Made by a program: the position numbers and the translations under genes. Under the pieces are notes generated by a model. It did no database searches, was not told where the DNA came from, and worked only from the letters and a program-made list of their open reading frames with translations. Of a stretch of DNA of 64,000 nucleotides, positions 27,968-40,816 are shown one piece after another (positions within the stretch are counted from its first letter, which is position 1; every line of letters starts with the position of its first letter). Source of the stretch: Ranitomeya imitator (taxonomy: Eukaryota). The stretch spans positions 550,126,001 through 550,190,000 of the forward strand of contig NC_091285.1 in the NCBI RefSeq assembly GCF_032444005.1. Direction: 5' to 3'.

Positions 27968-28279
27968 TAGTGATAAGCGAATATACTCATTACTCGAGAT
28001 TTCCCGAGCACGCTCGAGTGTCCTCCGAGTATTTTTTTAGTGCTCAGAAATTTAGTTTTTATTGCCACAGCGGAATGATTAACATCTGTAAGCCAGCATA
28101 AGTACATGTGTGGATTCCCTAGCAACCAGGCAACCCCCACATGTACTTATGCTGGCTAACAGAAGTAAATCATTCAGCTGCGGCAAGAAAAACTAAAACT
28201 CCGAGCACTAAAAAATACTCGGAGGACATCCGAGCGTGCTCGGGAAATTTCGAGTAACTAGTATATTCGCTCATCACTA
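27968..28279. mobile_element. hAT MITE nested in the solo LTR
   Basis: 8-bp TSD CTCATGCT (27960-27967, 28280-28287). TIR TAGTGATAAGCGAATATAC / GTATATTCGCTCATCACTA. Confidence 0.93.
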
Positions 28280-28499
28280 CTCATGCTCCGCATGCTCCCA
28301 GCAGCACTTCCAGCCGGGTCTCTAGCCATATTTTTAGGGCGCGCGCATGCCCTCTTAATGGGCCAGCGCATGCACTTGCTATTTTCTCCCAAGCCAACAG
28401 TTTTGAGGCATTATGTATATATTGCTTTCTCTCCACTGGGGAGGTGCCTGAGCATCCTTCCTGTTTACAGTCAATGTTGTGAAAGGCCGCATACCAGTG

Positions 28500-28910
28500 C
28501 AAGCCCTGTTTGCTGTACTCTAAGTACAAATCCTGCTTGCGGCACTCAGATGCTAATCCTGCTTGCTGCACTCAGATGCAAATCCAGCTTGCTGCTTTCA
28601 GATGCAATCCTGCCTGCTGTACTCTAAGAACAAATTCTGCTTGCTGCACTCAGATGCATTTCCAGCTTGCTGCATTCAGATGCAATCTTGCCTGCTGTAC
28701 TCTAAGTACAAATCCTGCTTGCTGCACTCAGACACCAATTCTGCTTGCTGCACTCAGACACCAATTCTGCTTGCTGCACTCAGACACCAATCCTGTTTGT
28801 TGCACTCAGATTCAAATCCTGACTGCTGCAATCTAAGTACTAATCCTGCTTGTTGCACTCAGATACAAATCCTACTTGCTGCTCTCAGATGCAAGTCCTG
28901 CCTGCTGCTG
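28500..28910 (+). repeat. ~25-bp minisatellite inside the LTR
   Basis: AATCCTGCTTGCTGCACTCAGA-type units. Confidence 0.85.
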
Positions 28911-29204
28911 CACTTGGATAGAAAGTTGGTCAGCTACAGACCGATACAAGCTCTACCTGCTGCTCCGTCCAGTCCGTCTTTCTGGGTCCAGCTGCTGCGT
29001 GATCGTTGATCTGTCCTGGAGTGGAACCTGGCGTTTATCGGGAGCCAAGTCTAACCTCACCATCAGAGGCTCTAGTGAACAGTCTGATGCTCGCTTAGTC
29101 ACACCCCTCCAGATTCTCCGCGGTCTGTGGCACAGTGGTTCCACAAACCACGTCCGTGACAACATCTAAGTGACTGAGTTTATTTTACTCATTTCTCACT
29201 ATTA

Positions 29205-29590
29205 GGCCAGATGCACACAACCGTATAAAAAAGCGTCAGTTTCATCTAGAAAACGAGAACGATATTCTTTTAACATGCCGTACATGTGCAGTCCATTTTT
29301 TACAGTGCCAGTTATGTTAAAAAAAATTGCAATGTATCCCTAAAAAAAGTATGTTATACTATGACTCCGTGTGGCATCCGTTTTTTTTGCGCACTGATAG
29401 ACTTTAATGGGCGAGTCTCTTCCAATTTACAGAAGAAACTAGCGCATGCTGCGATTTTTTTTTCACATGCAAATTCAGTCTGAAAAAAATCACTCATGTG
29501 CACTGCCCCATTGAATAATATTGGTCTGAATACTGTACATTTTGTTATGGACATCACTCAGACCGAACATGTGGTTGTGTGAACTAGCCC
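29205..29590. mobile_element. PIF/Harbinger MITE
   Basis: TTA TSD. TIR GGCCAGATGCACAC / GTGTGAACTAGCC. Confidence 0.7.
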
Positions 29591-30050
29591 TTACTGGTAT
29601 AGTGGCATAAGGCAATTGAGGAACAAATAAATAAAGTTCCCAAATAAAGCTCTTGGGCACTCTCCTATCTATTACTTCATTATAGCCCCAATTCATCACT
29701 TCCTTTTTTTTAAGTCAATTTTCTTTTTTGTCTTGTGCATTTTTTGCCACTTCTTTGTGCCAAATCCTTCAAAATGGTGCATGTATAAGTTAATTTTGCG
29801 CATGCGCAAAGTAAAAAATGACATTTATATTTGTCCTTAACCCTTTTTTGCCCATTCTTAGAGCAAAATGTTGGATGTTGGGCAAAATGGCTCAAAATTC
29901 AGCAAAAATTGAAGGCGTACAAAACTCACTGGCAGAGGAACTAAAGCACATTTGCACAAACAACAACATTTTATGAATCAGTTTAAAACATCTAGAAATG
30001 TCACACTGATGTAAAGATCTGAAAATTAACTAACTAAAAGACAACATTAT

Positions 30051-30517
30051 AGGAAACCTGTCACCCCCAAAATCGACGATGAGCTAAGCCCACCAGCATC
30101 AGGGGCTTATCTACAGCATTCTGGAATGCTGTAGATAAGCCCCCGATGTATCCTGAAAGATGAGAAAAAAAGGTTAGATTATACTCACCCAGGGGCGGTC
30201 CCTCTGCGGTCCGGTCCGATGGGCATCGCGGTCCGGGACCTCCCATCTTCTAACGATGACATCCTCTTCTTGTCTTCACGCTGTGGCTCCGGCGCATGCG
30301 TACTTTGTCTGCCCTGTTGAGGGCAGAGCAAAGTACTGCAGTGCGCAGACGCCGGGCCTCTCTGGCCGCAGCGTGAAGACAAGCAGAGGACGTCATCGTA
30401 AGAAGATGGGAGGCCCCGGACTGGACCGCGATGCCCACCGCAGCGGCACCGCCCCTGGGTGAGTATAATCTAACCTCTTTTTCTTATCTTTCAGGATACA
30501 TCGGGGGCTTATCTACA
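30051..30517. mobile_element. right-truncated T2/Kolobok MITE (same family as 25767)
   Basis: Colinear with 25767-26387. Stops abruptly at ATCTACA. Confidence 0.85.
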
Positions 30518-30885
30518 ATGGTAGGAAATTCTTTTTAAGAGATTTTGCAAACTGTAAAACCACTGGAGTGGTTTATATGGCCACATTTTCATGCCCTAAG
30601 AACTACATTGGCAAGACAAGGAGGGAATTTAGGAAAAGAATAAGTGAACATCTTGGTGATGTTAGAAATGAGAGGGACACACCTGTGGCCCGCCATATAT
30701 GGGAGGAACATCAGGGCAATGGTGAGGTCCTCTCTTTCTGCGTATTGGAAGTAATAAAGGAATGCGGAAGACAGGGTGATTGGGATAGACTCATTTTACA
30801 GAAAGAGACCCAGTAGATCTTCAAAATGGAATCGATCACCCCAAAGGGACTCAATGATCGGTTGACATATGGTTGTTTCATTTGA
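30518..30885 (+). pseudogene. Penelope-like GIY-YIG endonuclease fragment
   Basis: NCKTTGVVYMATFSCPKNYIGKTRREFRKRISEH...LILQKETQ*IFKMESITPKGLND. Confidence 0.88.
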
Positions 30886-30994
30886 ATTTACCCGTTTTGA
30901 CTTCATGGATTAATATGAATCTTTGCCTCTACCCATCTACTATATAATTGTCTAAGGGTCACTTCCATCTGTCTTTCTGTCCCGGATATTCATT

Positions 30995-31480
30995 GGTCGC
31001 GGCCAGCCAGTGGGCGTACACAAAAGGGCAGGGGAGGCCAGGAAGTATGCAGAGTCGGCCAGAAGCGCTGCAAAGGGGGCGGAGTCGCCATGAGGAGCAC
31101 GGAGGCGGCCGGGACGCTGTTGGGCCTACCTCGCCAAAAAGCCGGGGAATAAATTACCAGCCGCAGGTCGCGGCCAGCCAGTACAGGCCCGGCCAGAAGC
31201 GCTGCAAAGGGGGCGGAGTGGCCATGAGGAGCACGGAGGCGGCCGGGACGCTGTTGGGCCTACCTCGCCAAAAAGCCGGGGAATAAATTACCAGCCGCAG
31301 GTCGCGGCCAGCCAGTACAGGCCCGGCCAGAAGCGCTGCAAAGTAGGCGGAGTCACCATGAGGAGGGCAGAGGCAGCCGGGACCATGAACACTGTTGGGC
31401 TTACCTCGCCAAAAAGCTGGGGACTAAATTACTGGCCGCGGGTCGCGGCCAGCCAGTACAGGCCCAGCCAGAAGCACTAA
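30995..31480 (+). repeat. GC-rich ~134-bp tandem repeat (~3.5 units)
   Basis: GGTCGCGGCCAGCCAG at 30995, 31166, 31300 and 31441. Confidence 0.85.
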
Positions 31481-31489
31481 ATTTGCGGC

Positions 31490-31891
31490 CGCAGTCAGTG
31501 GTGATGGCCGCGGTTATTGATGACGGCTGTGACAGCAGCAAACAGCGCAGCACATGCGGCGGTGACAGCTGCGGACGCAAAGTGAGTATATATTACGTGG
31601 GCTGTGCTATATACTCTGTGGCTGTGCTATATACTCTGTGGCTGTTCAATATACTATGTGGTTGTTCAATATACTACGTGGCTGTGCAATATACTACGTG
31701 ACTGGGCAATATACTACGTGACTGGGCAATATACTACGTGGCAGTTCAATATATTTCGTGGCTGTGCAATATACTACGTGGCTGTGCTATATACTACATG
31801 GCTGTGCAATATACTAAATGGCTGTGCAATATACTACGTGGGCATGCATATTCTAGAATACCCGATGCGTTAGAATTGGGCCACCATCTGG
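31490..31891 (+). mobile_element. Helitron-like non-autonomous 3' portion with a 20-bp minisatellite
   Basis: GCTGTGCAATATACTACGTG repeats, then subterminal hairpin CCCGAT..ATTGGG (31861-31880), CTGG (CTRR) terminus and a following T. Confidence 0.7.
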
Positions 31892-31899
31892 TATATTAT

Positions 31900-34330
31900 A
31901 GAGAACCTGTGTGGGCCTCATATAGACCTAGGAGATGGTTTATGCTGTTAATGATTTTTGTATGTAAGTCCATAATATAGGTATACATAATTTCATAACC
32001 ATGGTAGTACTAGGGTGCATTATGCCCTCTGCGGAACATGTAAGGTAGGCAGAGTCACTAGTGGAAGAGGTTGACTCTGCTTAAAATATATGTGGGATAT
32101 GATCTGGATATATATACAGTCACTATTGGAAGGGGTTGGCTTTGCATAAAATATATGTGGAGTTTGATCTGGATATATATACAACCCTATTGCAATGGCA
32201 GTGCCATGATATGTTATGCTCGCTCCGTAATATATGGGGCGTATCGGGCCAAGTGCAGCAGTAGCTTGCGCTACTTGAAATATATACGGACCGCCATTGC
32301 ATTGATAGTACTGTGCTTGTGCTGTTGGGGTTTTTCCATAGGTGCTCCGTGATCATGATGCGCAGACGCGGCTGCATCTTAATGCTACCAACAGTTATGG
32401 CGAGCGACGCACGCGCAGATGAACGGAGAATTCCAAGGCATGCACAGAGGGTAGTTTCCATAGATGCTCTGTGTGCAGCAACGCGCAGGTGCCGCTGTGT
32501 CTGGGGGACGCGGACAGAGCGTTGCCTAGCCGACAAATGGTGCATGCACGGTAGTTTCCATAGATGCTCTGTGTGCAGCGACGCGCAGGTGCAGCTGTGT
32601 CTGGGGGACGCGGACAGAGTGTTGCCTAGCCGACAAATGGCGCATGTGCGGTTGGACGCAGTGCGTCAGCTGCCTTATTGGCGTCTCATTGATGGGCGGA
32701 AGTGCTGAGAGACCTAGGTCGAGTCCTCTAGTGCTTGCAATTTAAGCACCACTTGCGCAGCCCTGTAAGTGGAGACAAATCCAGAGTATAGTCCATTTAA
32801 GGATACCATACATCCATTTTCACTTACACCTGCAACCAGGCATCATCTACGATATTTTGAATGAATACTAAAGTTACCATGGGCCTCCTGAGGCACTCTT
32901 ATCATGGGAGGGAAACGCATCAAGGCGATTCTGATCTAATATATCTAAGCTAAGTGTTATATTGATAATTATCATTTTGCTGATCTGTTTAGGTATAGTG
33001 CAATAGAAGGTTGATACGCACGGGATTGGTTTTGCTATTGGCTAATTATTGCTGATTTGTTGGGGCATAGTGCAATAGAAGTTTTATGTGCATAGCATCT
33101 TACTTTCTGACATTGGTTAAATATGACTTATCAGCGGCAAGGCTGAACATTGTATTATAGCTTATTTATATCTAACCTAACCTGACTGCTCTTTACCATA
33201 TTTATCAGTCACAATGCAGGGGTATTGAACATTATATTGTAACTTGTCTACCCAAATTGCAATTTACCACACTGTGCATGGGATCTTACTTGCTGACATT
33301 GTTTAAATATGACTTACCAGTGGCAAGGCAGGGGTATTGAACATTGTATTATATGAACATTGTATTATAGCTAACCTAACCTGACTGCTCTTTACCATAT
33401 GATTTTTTAGGGGAAATGCTGGAGCATTGAAAACTGTATTATAGTCTTGTGTATATCTAACCTAACCTGACTACACTTTACCATATGATTTATCACTGGC
33501 AATGCAGGGGTATTGAACATTCTTTTATAGCTTGTTTGTATCTAACCTAACTAAACTGCACTTTGCCACACTCTATACTATAGATCAATTGGATATATAT
33601 TCTGAGCAAAACTTACCTTAAACCCCCCTTTTTCCCCCCATATTCCATCAATACTGGGAATACATGAAGGGAGAGTGTTAGGTTTTATAGAGGGTGAGTC
33701 TTCGTTGAGCGGGGGCGCCATACTGTGCATTATATAGGGTGCCAACCTCCGCAGTCAGGTAGGGACTCTGTAAATAGGGACTGTGGAGGACTAGTAATGA
33801 CATAAACAAAACCCTCCCTCCCCCTAAATATCCATTTTCTAATAAGATATTTGTTTTTGGCCTCTAATTTTGGTATCCTCTTGGTTTTTCTGGCCGGTTG
33901 TTTAGGCCCTGTATTTATTCCCTGGAATGTATAATTTGTGATAGCATAAATGCTTTTGGGGCTAGGATTGACATCATGATGTTTGGTTTATTGTGTACCC
34001 CCCCATAGGGATCACTAGGGAATCTAGGGTGAGCCGTTGCCGAGCGGGGGCGCCATTTGCGTTTCAAGAAGGTGCCAACCTCCGCTGTTAGGCAGGGGTT
34101 TAGTTAGGGCGAATTAGGGTCAAATAGGCCTATTAGTACCCCGCCGGTATACCAACTGTAGGCTACAGATCACAAATCATCATTTCTTGTTTTTGACTTT
34201 TCGCTTGTTTGGTTTTTTCACTTGTTTTTTTTTTTTTTTTTTAATTATACTAAATAAAGAAATTTTTAAGGGTATTAGTCTTTTTTGATGAGCCAATTTT
34301 GTAACTAATCCAAACAATCTTTAACTATAA
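31900..34330 (+). mobile_element. probable Penelope-like non-coding 3' region
   Basis: Contains a degenerate hammerhead-like motif, internal duplications and an AT-rich tail with AATAAA. Lies downstream of the GIY-YIG fragment in the same orientation. Boundaries uncertain. Confidence 0.45.
32883..32926 (+). ncRNA. degenerate type I hammerhead-ribozyme-like motif
   Basis: GCCTC-CTGAGGC-A-CTCTT/ATCAT/GGGAG-G-GAAAC-GC-ATC-AAGGC. Correct order of stems and core with several substitutions, so probably inactive. Confidence 0.5.
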
Positions 34331-34345
34331 TTTTGTCTTAAAGTA

Positions 34346-34800
34346 ATGATGACCACTCGTTTTTCTTTACTTAGAATTTGTATTATGGCAAGAAAAAAGC
34401 AGCTAACAGTCTATTCAGTAGGACTATCAGCTTTGTATCCACCAAACTTCTGCACAATACAACTGATGGGCGCAACACCATTTTTAAGGCAAGAAATCCC
34501 ACTTATTAAACCTGACAGGGCACACCTGTGAAGTGAAAACCATTCCCGGTGACTACCTCTTGAAACTCATCAAGAGAGTACCAAGAGTGTGCAAAGCAGT
34601 CATCAAAGCAAAAGGTGGCTACTTTGAAGAATATATATAAGAGATAATTTCAGTTGTTTCACATTTTTTTGGTAAGTATATAATTCCACATGTGTTAATT
34701 CATAGTTTTGATGCCTACAGTGTGAATGTACAATTTTAGTTATGAAAATACAGAAAAATCTTTAAATGAGAAGGTGTGTCCAAACTTTTGGTCTGTACTG
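34346..34800 (+). mobile_element. right end of a deleted Tc1-like element
   Basis: GDYLLKLIK..PRVCKAVIKAKGGYFEE C-terminus. Terminal GTGTCCAAACTTTTGGTCTGTACTG followed by TA. Confidence 0.8.
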
Positions 34801-35501
34801 TATAGCAGAGGGGAGTGGCCAACACTGAACAGCTTAGACAATTCTGGTTGGAGAGCTCCAGGTGAGCAACTGAACTGTTTAACCCTTGTACTACCAGCAA
34901 TGAAAAAAACTGTACTGTTTAATAAGATGTGAGGCAGTTCTAATCAGTGAAGGAGTTCATGAAACTAGACTCTGCAATCTTCTGGCTCTTCTCTGTCATG
35001 GTATGCCCATGATATATACAGTAGGTAGCATGTAGTAAGCTTAGTGTTGACATATTCATCTGTTTCACACAGTGAAACAGGCACGTTGGTTATAAGCGGA
35101 GACATTGACTTTGCAAAATACTTGGGAAGTACACATTATCAACTTGAACTCTTCATCTCCATGTTATCTTCTTTCAGTCTATCTATAGCCCACTTCTTCA
35201 GTAGTACTCGTGCCCCGACCTGATCAGCCTAGTCTTGTTCCTATGCTTCCAGTGCCAGCCTACACGTCACCTTTTCAGCCCCATTCCTTCTAGCTGCCGA
35301 GGACATACAACCCACAGCTCTATTTCTGGTACTCGGTACAGTCCGCTTCTGCCATCAGGCTCAGTGAGTGTCAAGGATCTTGTGGCTGTGTCTAGATAAT
35401 TCTGCAACTTCTTCTCCTGTACATTTACTTTCAGGGCTTGCTGCCTCAGCTATCTTTCTTTAACAAACACACCGCAGTAATGTAACCCAAGTCCTTCTTC
35501 G

Positions 35502-36858
35502 CAGTGGCGTAACTACAAAGTTAGGGGCCCCGGTGCGAACTTCCAAATGGGGCCCCCCCCTGCAGCCCTGCCATACAACTCAATGTAACCCCCATAGAAT
35601 AATGGCCACACATGATGCTCAATACTGTATAACGGCCACCACACATGATGCTGCATACTGTATAATGGCCACACATGATGCTGCATACTGTATAATGGCC
35701 ACACATGATGCTCCATAGTGTATAATGGCCACACATGATGCTCCATAGTGTATAATGGCCACACATTGCTCCATACTGTATAATGGCCAGACAGTGCTCC
35801 ATACTGTATAATGACCACCCACACATAGTGCTCCATAGTGTATAACGGCCACACAGTTCTCCATACTGTATAATGATCCCACATCATGCTCAATACTGTA
35901 TAATGACCACAAATGATGCTCCATACTGTATAATGGCCACACATGATGCTCAATACTGTATAATGACCCCCCTCCTGTATGCATGGCTCATCTCCCTCCT
36001 ATCCCATATACATAGCTCATATTACCCCTCCTGCATGCATGACTCATATCTCCCCCCCTGTATGCATGGCTCATATTCCGCCCCTGTATGCATGGCTTAT
36101 ATTCCCCCCTGTATGCATGGCTCATATTCCCCCCCCCTGTATGCATGGCTTATATTCCCCCCTGCATGGCTTATATTCCCCCCTGCATGGCTCATATTCC
36201 CCCCTGCATGGCTCATATTCCCCCCTGCATGGCTCATATTCCCCCCTGCATGGCTCATATTCCCCCCTGCATGGCTCATATCCCCCCCTGCATGGCTCAT
36301 ATCCCCCCCTGCATGGCTTATATTCCCCCCTGCATGGCTCATATCTCCCCCTGCATGGCTTATATTCCCCCCTGCATGGCTTATATTCCCCCCTGTATGC
36401 AGGCTTTTCTCTCCGCTCCTGCTCGGCGCGCCGGCTTATGTCCTCCTTCATCCCCCGTCCCCCCGGCCCTCATACTCACCTGTCTTCCCACTGCACGGCC
36501 GTGCCGACATCCCTCGCGCTCTGTCCCGACTCCAGGCGGCGGCGCCGGCGCAGCACCTTCTTCCTGCTTGAGCGGTCATGTGACACCGTTCATTAAGATC
36601 ATGAATATGCGCATATTCATGATCTTAATGAGCGGTGTCACGTGACCGCTCAAGCAGGAACGAGCTGCAGTGCAGACGCCGAGACCATCGCTGGAGCAGG
36701 GTGAGTATTCAAGGCAGCGGTAGCGGCGGCGGCGGCGGGGGGGGCCCTGGAGCGGGGGGAGGCACTGCCAGTCCGAGCCTGCCTGCAGGGCCCGGGCCCC
36801 TGACCTGCCGGACCCGGTCGCACTGGCGACCGCTGCGACCGCGGTAGTTACGCCACTG
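35502..36858. mobile_element. non-autonomous hAT element filled with minisatellites
   Basis: Perfect 15-bp TIR CAGTGGCGTAACTAC and 8-bp TSD CTTCTTCG (35494-35501, 36859-36866). 30-bp and 21-bp tandem blocks. Confidence 0.95.
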
Positions 36859-36966
36859 CTTCTTCGCTCAGAACTACTCACTGCCAGCTAGTTCACTGTA
36901 ACTAGGAAGTAACTCTCTTCTTACTCCAAACCACTCCTCCCATCTGCAGGTCCGGCTGACTATCAA

Positions 36967-37393
36967 AGCATCCCTCTAGCGTGTTTTTAATTGCAGTGCT
37001 GGAGTGGTGCGTTAAATGCAAGTCCCCTGCTCCCTGACTCATACCCACCTGATGCTACATTCTTCATTTTCCAGCATCGCTCTCGTCGGTCTCCAGTGAA
37101 AAATGATCTTCCTGCAGCTCCAGTGTTTCATGGAGCAGCGAGGAGGTCACTTTTAAATACAAGTATATGACAGCCTCTTTCTGGCTCTTATAGACTTGGA
37201 TTGAGAGTTTGTGACGTAGCTTCTCACTTCCAGACAGTAGAACCTGCTTTCACAAGATGGCATTGCGGCATGGAAGTGGTGCCGAAAAACGGTCAAGACA
37301 CCGGAGGGTGAGTATATGACCGGGGGGCAAGGGACTTATATTTAAAGCGCCGCTCCAGCACTGGAAAAAAAACAACAACACTGGAGTGGTGCT
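36967..37393. mobile_element. T2/Kolobok-type MITE
   Basis: Right end CTGGAGTGGTGCT followed by TTAA. Degenerate left end TCAA plus AGCATCCCTCTAG. Confidence 0.65.
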
Positions 37394-37422
37394 TTAAATT
37401 TTCTCTATTGTTACAAGCTAAA

Positions 37423-37784
37423 GGCTATATTCACACTTTGCGGATTTTGCTGCGGATCCGCAGCGGATTTGACCGCTGCGGATCTGCAGCAGTTTCCCAT
37501 GAGTTTACATTTCAATGTAAACCTATGGGAAACAAAAAACGCTGTGCACATGCTGCAGAAAAATCCGCGCGGAAACGCTGCGGATTACATTCCGCAGCAT
37601 GTCACTTCTTTTCTGCGGATTTTCAGCTGCTCCAATAGAAAACTGCAGTTGAAAATCCGCAGAAGAAAACGCAGTAAAAACCGCGATAAATCCGCAGTAA
37701 AAAACGCGATGGGTTTTCACTGCGGATTTTGCAATTCCGCTGCGGAAAAATCCGCAGTGGAATCTGCAAAGTGTGCACATAGCC
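37423..37784. mobile_element. PIF/Harbinger MITE
   Basis: TIR GGCTATATTCACACTTTG / CAAAGTGTGCACATAGCC, 3-bp AAA flanks, TCCGC/GCGGA subterminal repeats. Confidence 0.8.
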
Positions 37785-38792
37785 AAACAGTCAGATCCTG
37801 CTCTCAGACTAGCTCGTGTGCAGATCAAACAGAGATTTGTGAATGGAGTACAGTAATTTGTGCAGTGAAGGAGCTGCCAGGACCTTCTAGATTATTTGTT
37901 TGAGCAGAGCAGAAACAATTGAGGTAAGTCCTGTCCACAACCACAAACCTCTGCTGTCTGTGAGCGCATGGACACTTTTCTTGTGTGCATGTTTGACAGC
38001 AGTGTTTTTTTCTGTGAGCAATTTTCATGTGAGCTTTTATCTTGTGAGTTATTTTTCTGGTAGACTGTTAAAATATACAATTTACAGATTACGTATTCTA
38101 CTAGACTTTAGCCTCTTTCACTTCAGTAGATCCGAGCAGCAATATCACACGCGACCTATAGACAGCTGTTTCTGGAGGAAAGCGGACATTTTTTTTCTAA
38201 TTAAGTGTATTTGGAGCTGTAGCTTTAAAACTCTTGCAAAATGTAATACATTTGGTATAAACTAAATGTAATAGGCTCCAGCATGTTAAATATGAGTCTA
38301 TATAGTCCTTAATTTTCTGTTTCTCTTACACTCATTACTGCTAACAAATCACTCAATGGATTTATTATCTTCCTAGTCCCTGACCACATGTGTCATCCAA
38401 TTTGCCAAATGTCTCTGATCTTACAAGTCATTAGTCACTTTCTCTTCAGGGGAAATATAAGTATTAAATATTCAGTCAGGCACCTTGGCTGCCATGGTTC
38501 ATTCAACTATACTAATTAAATGTCTAGCGCTTAGTACATATTTTAACGACTTGTTTATATAGTAAGTAACCTGATATGAAAGTGTTTGTTCATCTTTGGA
38601 ATTGCATTAAATATAATTTTCTAATAAATATTTTTATTATTTGTACACATTTCAAGCTAAAGTATTGTGGCCATAATAGAGGAAGGTGACCACCTTGTTC
38701 CAATTCCATGGGGCCGATTCACTAAGACAGGCTTTGTGCAAGCCAGATTTAATGAAGGGTCATGCAGTGGTAAGATGTGCCTAATTTATTTA

Positions 38793-38986
38793 GGCCATTT
38801 GCACACATTCTGTATTTGGTCAGTTTTTTACCTCAGTATTTGTAAGCCAAAACCAGGAGTGGGTGATAAATACAGAAGTGGGGACGTGTCTCTATTATAC
38901 TTTTCCTCTGATTGTCCCACTCCTGGTTTTGGCTTACAAATACTGAGGTGAAAAACTAACCGAATACTCAATGTGTGCACCTGGCC
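38793..38986. mobile_element. palindromic Harbinger-like MITE
   Basis: GGCCATTTGCACACATT / AATGTGTGCACCTGGCC. A second copy lies at 39307-39500. Confidence 0.7.
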
Positions 38987-39306
38987 ACATTTAAAGAATT
39001 AGGTACACCTTAAAAGAGTCATATGCCTCCTCCAGAGATGTACTCCAGTTAAGAACTGGAGGACATTTCTGGCATTAGTTATGACAAGTCCCATCCCACT
39101 CATGCTACCTCCATTTTATCAGGGCTGGTTCGAACTGCCATGAAAGTAGCAACATGTTTGTGTAACTTCCGAGTTGTGCAAAAATGCTTCTACTTTTAAT
39201 GGTATTTTTTTTCAACCGAATTCTGGCATCCACACCTTAGTCAGTCGGTCCCCAAGTGTCCTCCTCCTAGTACATTTGTATACAGGAGACATCAGTTGTC
39301 ATATTA

Positions 39307-39500
39307 GGCCATGTGAAGATGCTGAACATTTTGTGATTCTTTTACATCAGTATTTGTAAGCCATAACCAGGAATGGGTGAAGAATACAGAAGAGGTGACG
39401 TGTTTCTATTATACTTTTCCTCTAATTGTTCCACTCCTGGTTTTGGCTTACAAATACTGACGTAAAATACTGACCAAATACTGAATGTGTGCACGTGTCG
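39307..39500. mobile_element. palindromic Harbinger-like MITE (same family as 38793)
   Basis: Shared CAGTATTTGTAAGCCA..ACCAGGA / TCCTGGTTTTGGCTTACAAATACTGA arms. Confidence 0.65.
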
Positions 39501-39793
39501 TAAGCGGTTTTCCAATAATGACATCCCCACATGCTTGTCCTGGTGAAAATAATATACTCTCATCGCTGCCCTCAGTGGCTCCAGTGATGCTTCGATCTTT
39601 GTTGATAGGCTGCCATGATGAAAACTACAACGCAACTAAAAACAGAAAATCCACAACAAACCTAAGACCATTCTGTGTCATAAACTGACATACTGAATAT
39701 ATAAAAATCAGAACAAGTCAATTAATGTGATGAAAAGTTTCAGTAGTGAATGGATGAGATTAAAATCTCACTGTGTTTGCTACTATTACATAC

Positions 39794-39845
39794 CACTACA
39801 GGTTCTCCGCCACTAAATCCAGATGGAAAATTGACTATATTTCTG
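39794..39845 (-). CDS. candidate host exon (52 nt)
   Basis: CACATAG acceptor and GTG|GTATGT donor. Frame RNIVNFPSGFSGGEPVV. Confidence 0.25.
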
Positions 39846-40628
39846 CTATGTGTGAATGTAGTCATAAGCAATAATGATTCCTGCTTGCAGGCAAACTTCC
39901 TTGACACAATAATAGATAATTTATTATATTATGAAATACTAGGGAGATGTCGAGGGATTTCTCACAAGAAACATGGATTGTTCTCGAATCTCGATAGCTG
40001 ACTATGAGGCAGTTAGCTCATGTCAAAAGACCCTGTGATCGGGTTGGTTATTGCCATCTGAGCACTGTCACACTATGTGACTGCAGACTTGTGAGTCCTC
40101 CCATCTTTTCCGCTGTGAGGATTCTCTGATGCCGACACTGGGAGCTGGCGGTCATGTGACATCAATTATGCGAAATGCATACTCCCGGCCTCATTCTGAC
40201 TAGATGGGTGCAGCAAGTGTATTGCATGTGGCTGGAAACAATCAAGTCAGATTCTGGCCAGAAATTTGAATATTACATACTTACAGTCTCACGACCATTC
40301 ATTCCTGGGGCCAACACCAGAGAATCCTCATACTTGTAGGTTAAGACTGTCAAAGCCTTTAATCTATACTATAGGGTCTCTCACCTCTGTGTGCACCCTT
40401 GGAAAAAAAGACTTGATGTCTCAGGAAGCGGTAGTAATGATGTGATGTGTAATCCTCCAGTCAGTGAGGATTAAAGGCTGCTCCCCTCACAAACACTTGC
40501 TCTTGTAGCTTACAGCAAAGGAAAACATTGTCAATTTGAGAGTATAAAATAGAATTGCCTTTAAAAGGGTAGGTGCGGTATCAGCAAATAAAGAGTGAGT
40601 CTTTAAGCTGAGGAAAGGTTCATTATAC

Positions 40629-40754
40629 CTTAGAGCGGGCATTCGGCTTTTGTGCTGTGATGCATCTGGCACCAGCGCTGTGCTGTGTTCATTAATATTG
40701 CAAAGTATAAACATTTTCTTCTTTTTTTTTTCTGATGATGCTGCGTTCATCTCT
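40629..40754 (-). CDS. candidate host exon (126 nt)
   Basis: CCTTCCTTTTTTACAG acceptor and AAG|GTATAA donor. Only one open frame (EMNAASSEKKKKKMFILCNINEHSTALVPDASQHKSRMPAL). Confidence 0.35.
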
Positions 40755-40816
40755 CTGTAAAAAAGGAAGGTAAAGTATTTATGAAATTCTGCTCCCTAGA
40801 CATTGATTCAGGGGTA

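Larger units (their letters stand above)
27871..29161. mobile_element. solo LTR
   Basis: TGT...ACA ends with 5-bp TSD ACATC (27866-27870, 29162-29166). Confidence 0.8.

Noticed and set aside
34980-35500. Purine-rich minus-strand relic as a named LINE or gene
   Set aside because: Multiple stops in every frame and no diagnostic motif, so it was left unassigned.
35513-36645. Long repetitive ORFs (WLIFPPA, HGSYSPL, MAHIPPC, GEYEPCR) resembling structural proteins
   Set aside because: They are translations of 21- and 30-bp minisatellites inside a TIR/TSD-bounded hAT element, open in nearly all frames.
39000-39270. Terminal exon (EEDTWGPTD*) or coding fragment
   Set aside because: The acceptor is weak and all frames close quickly. 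It cannot be distinguished from background.
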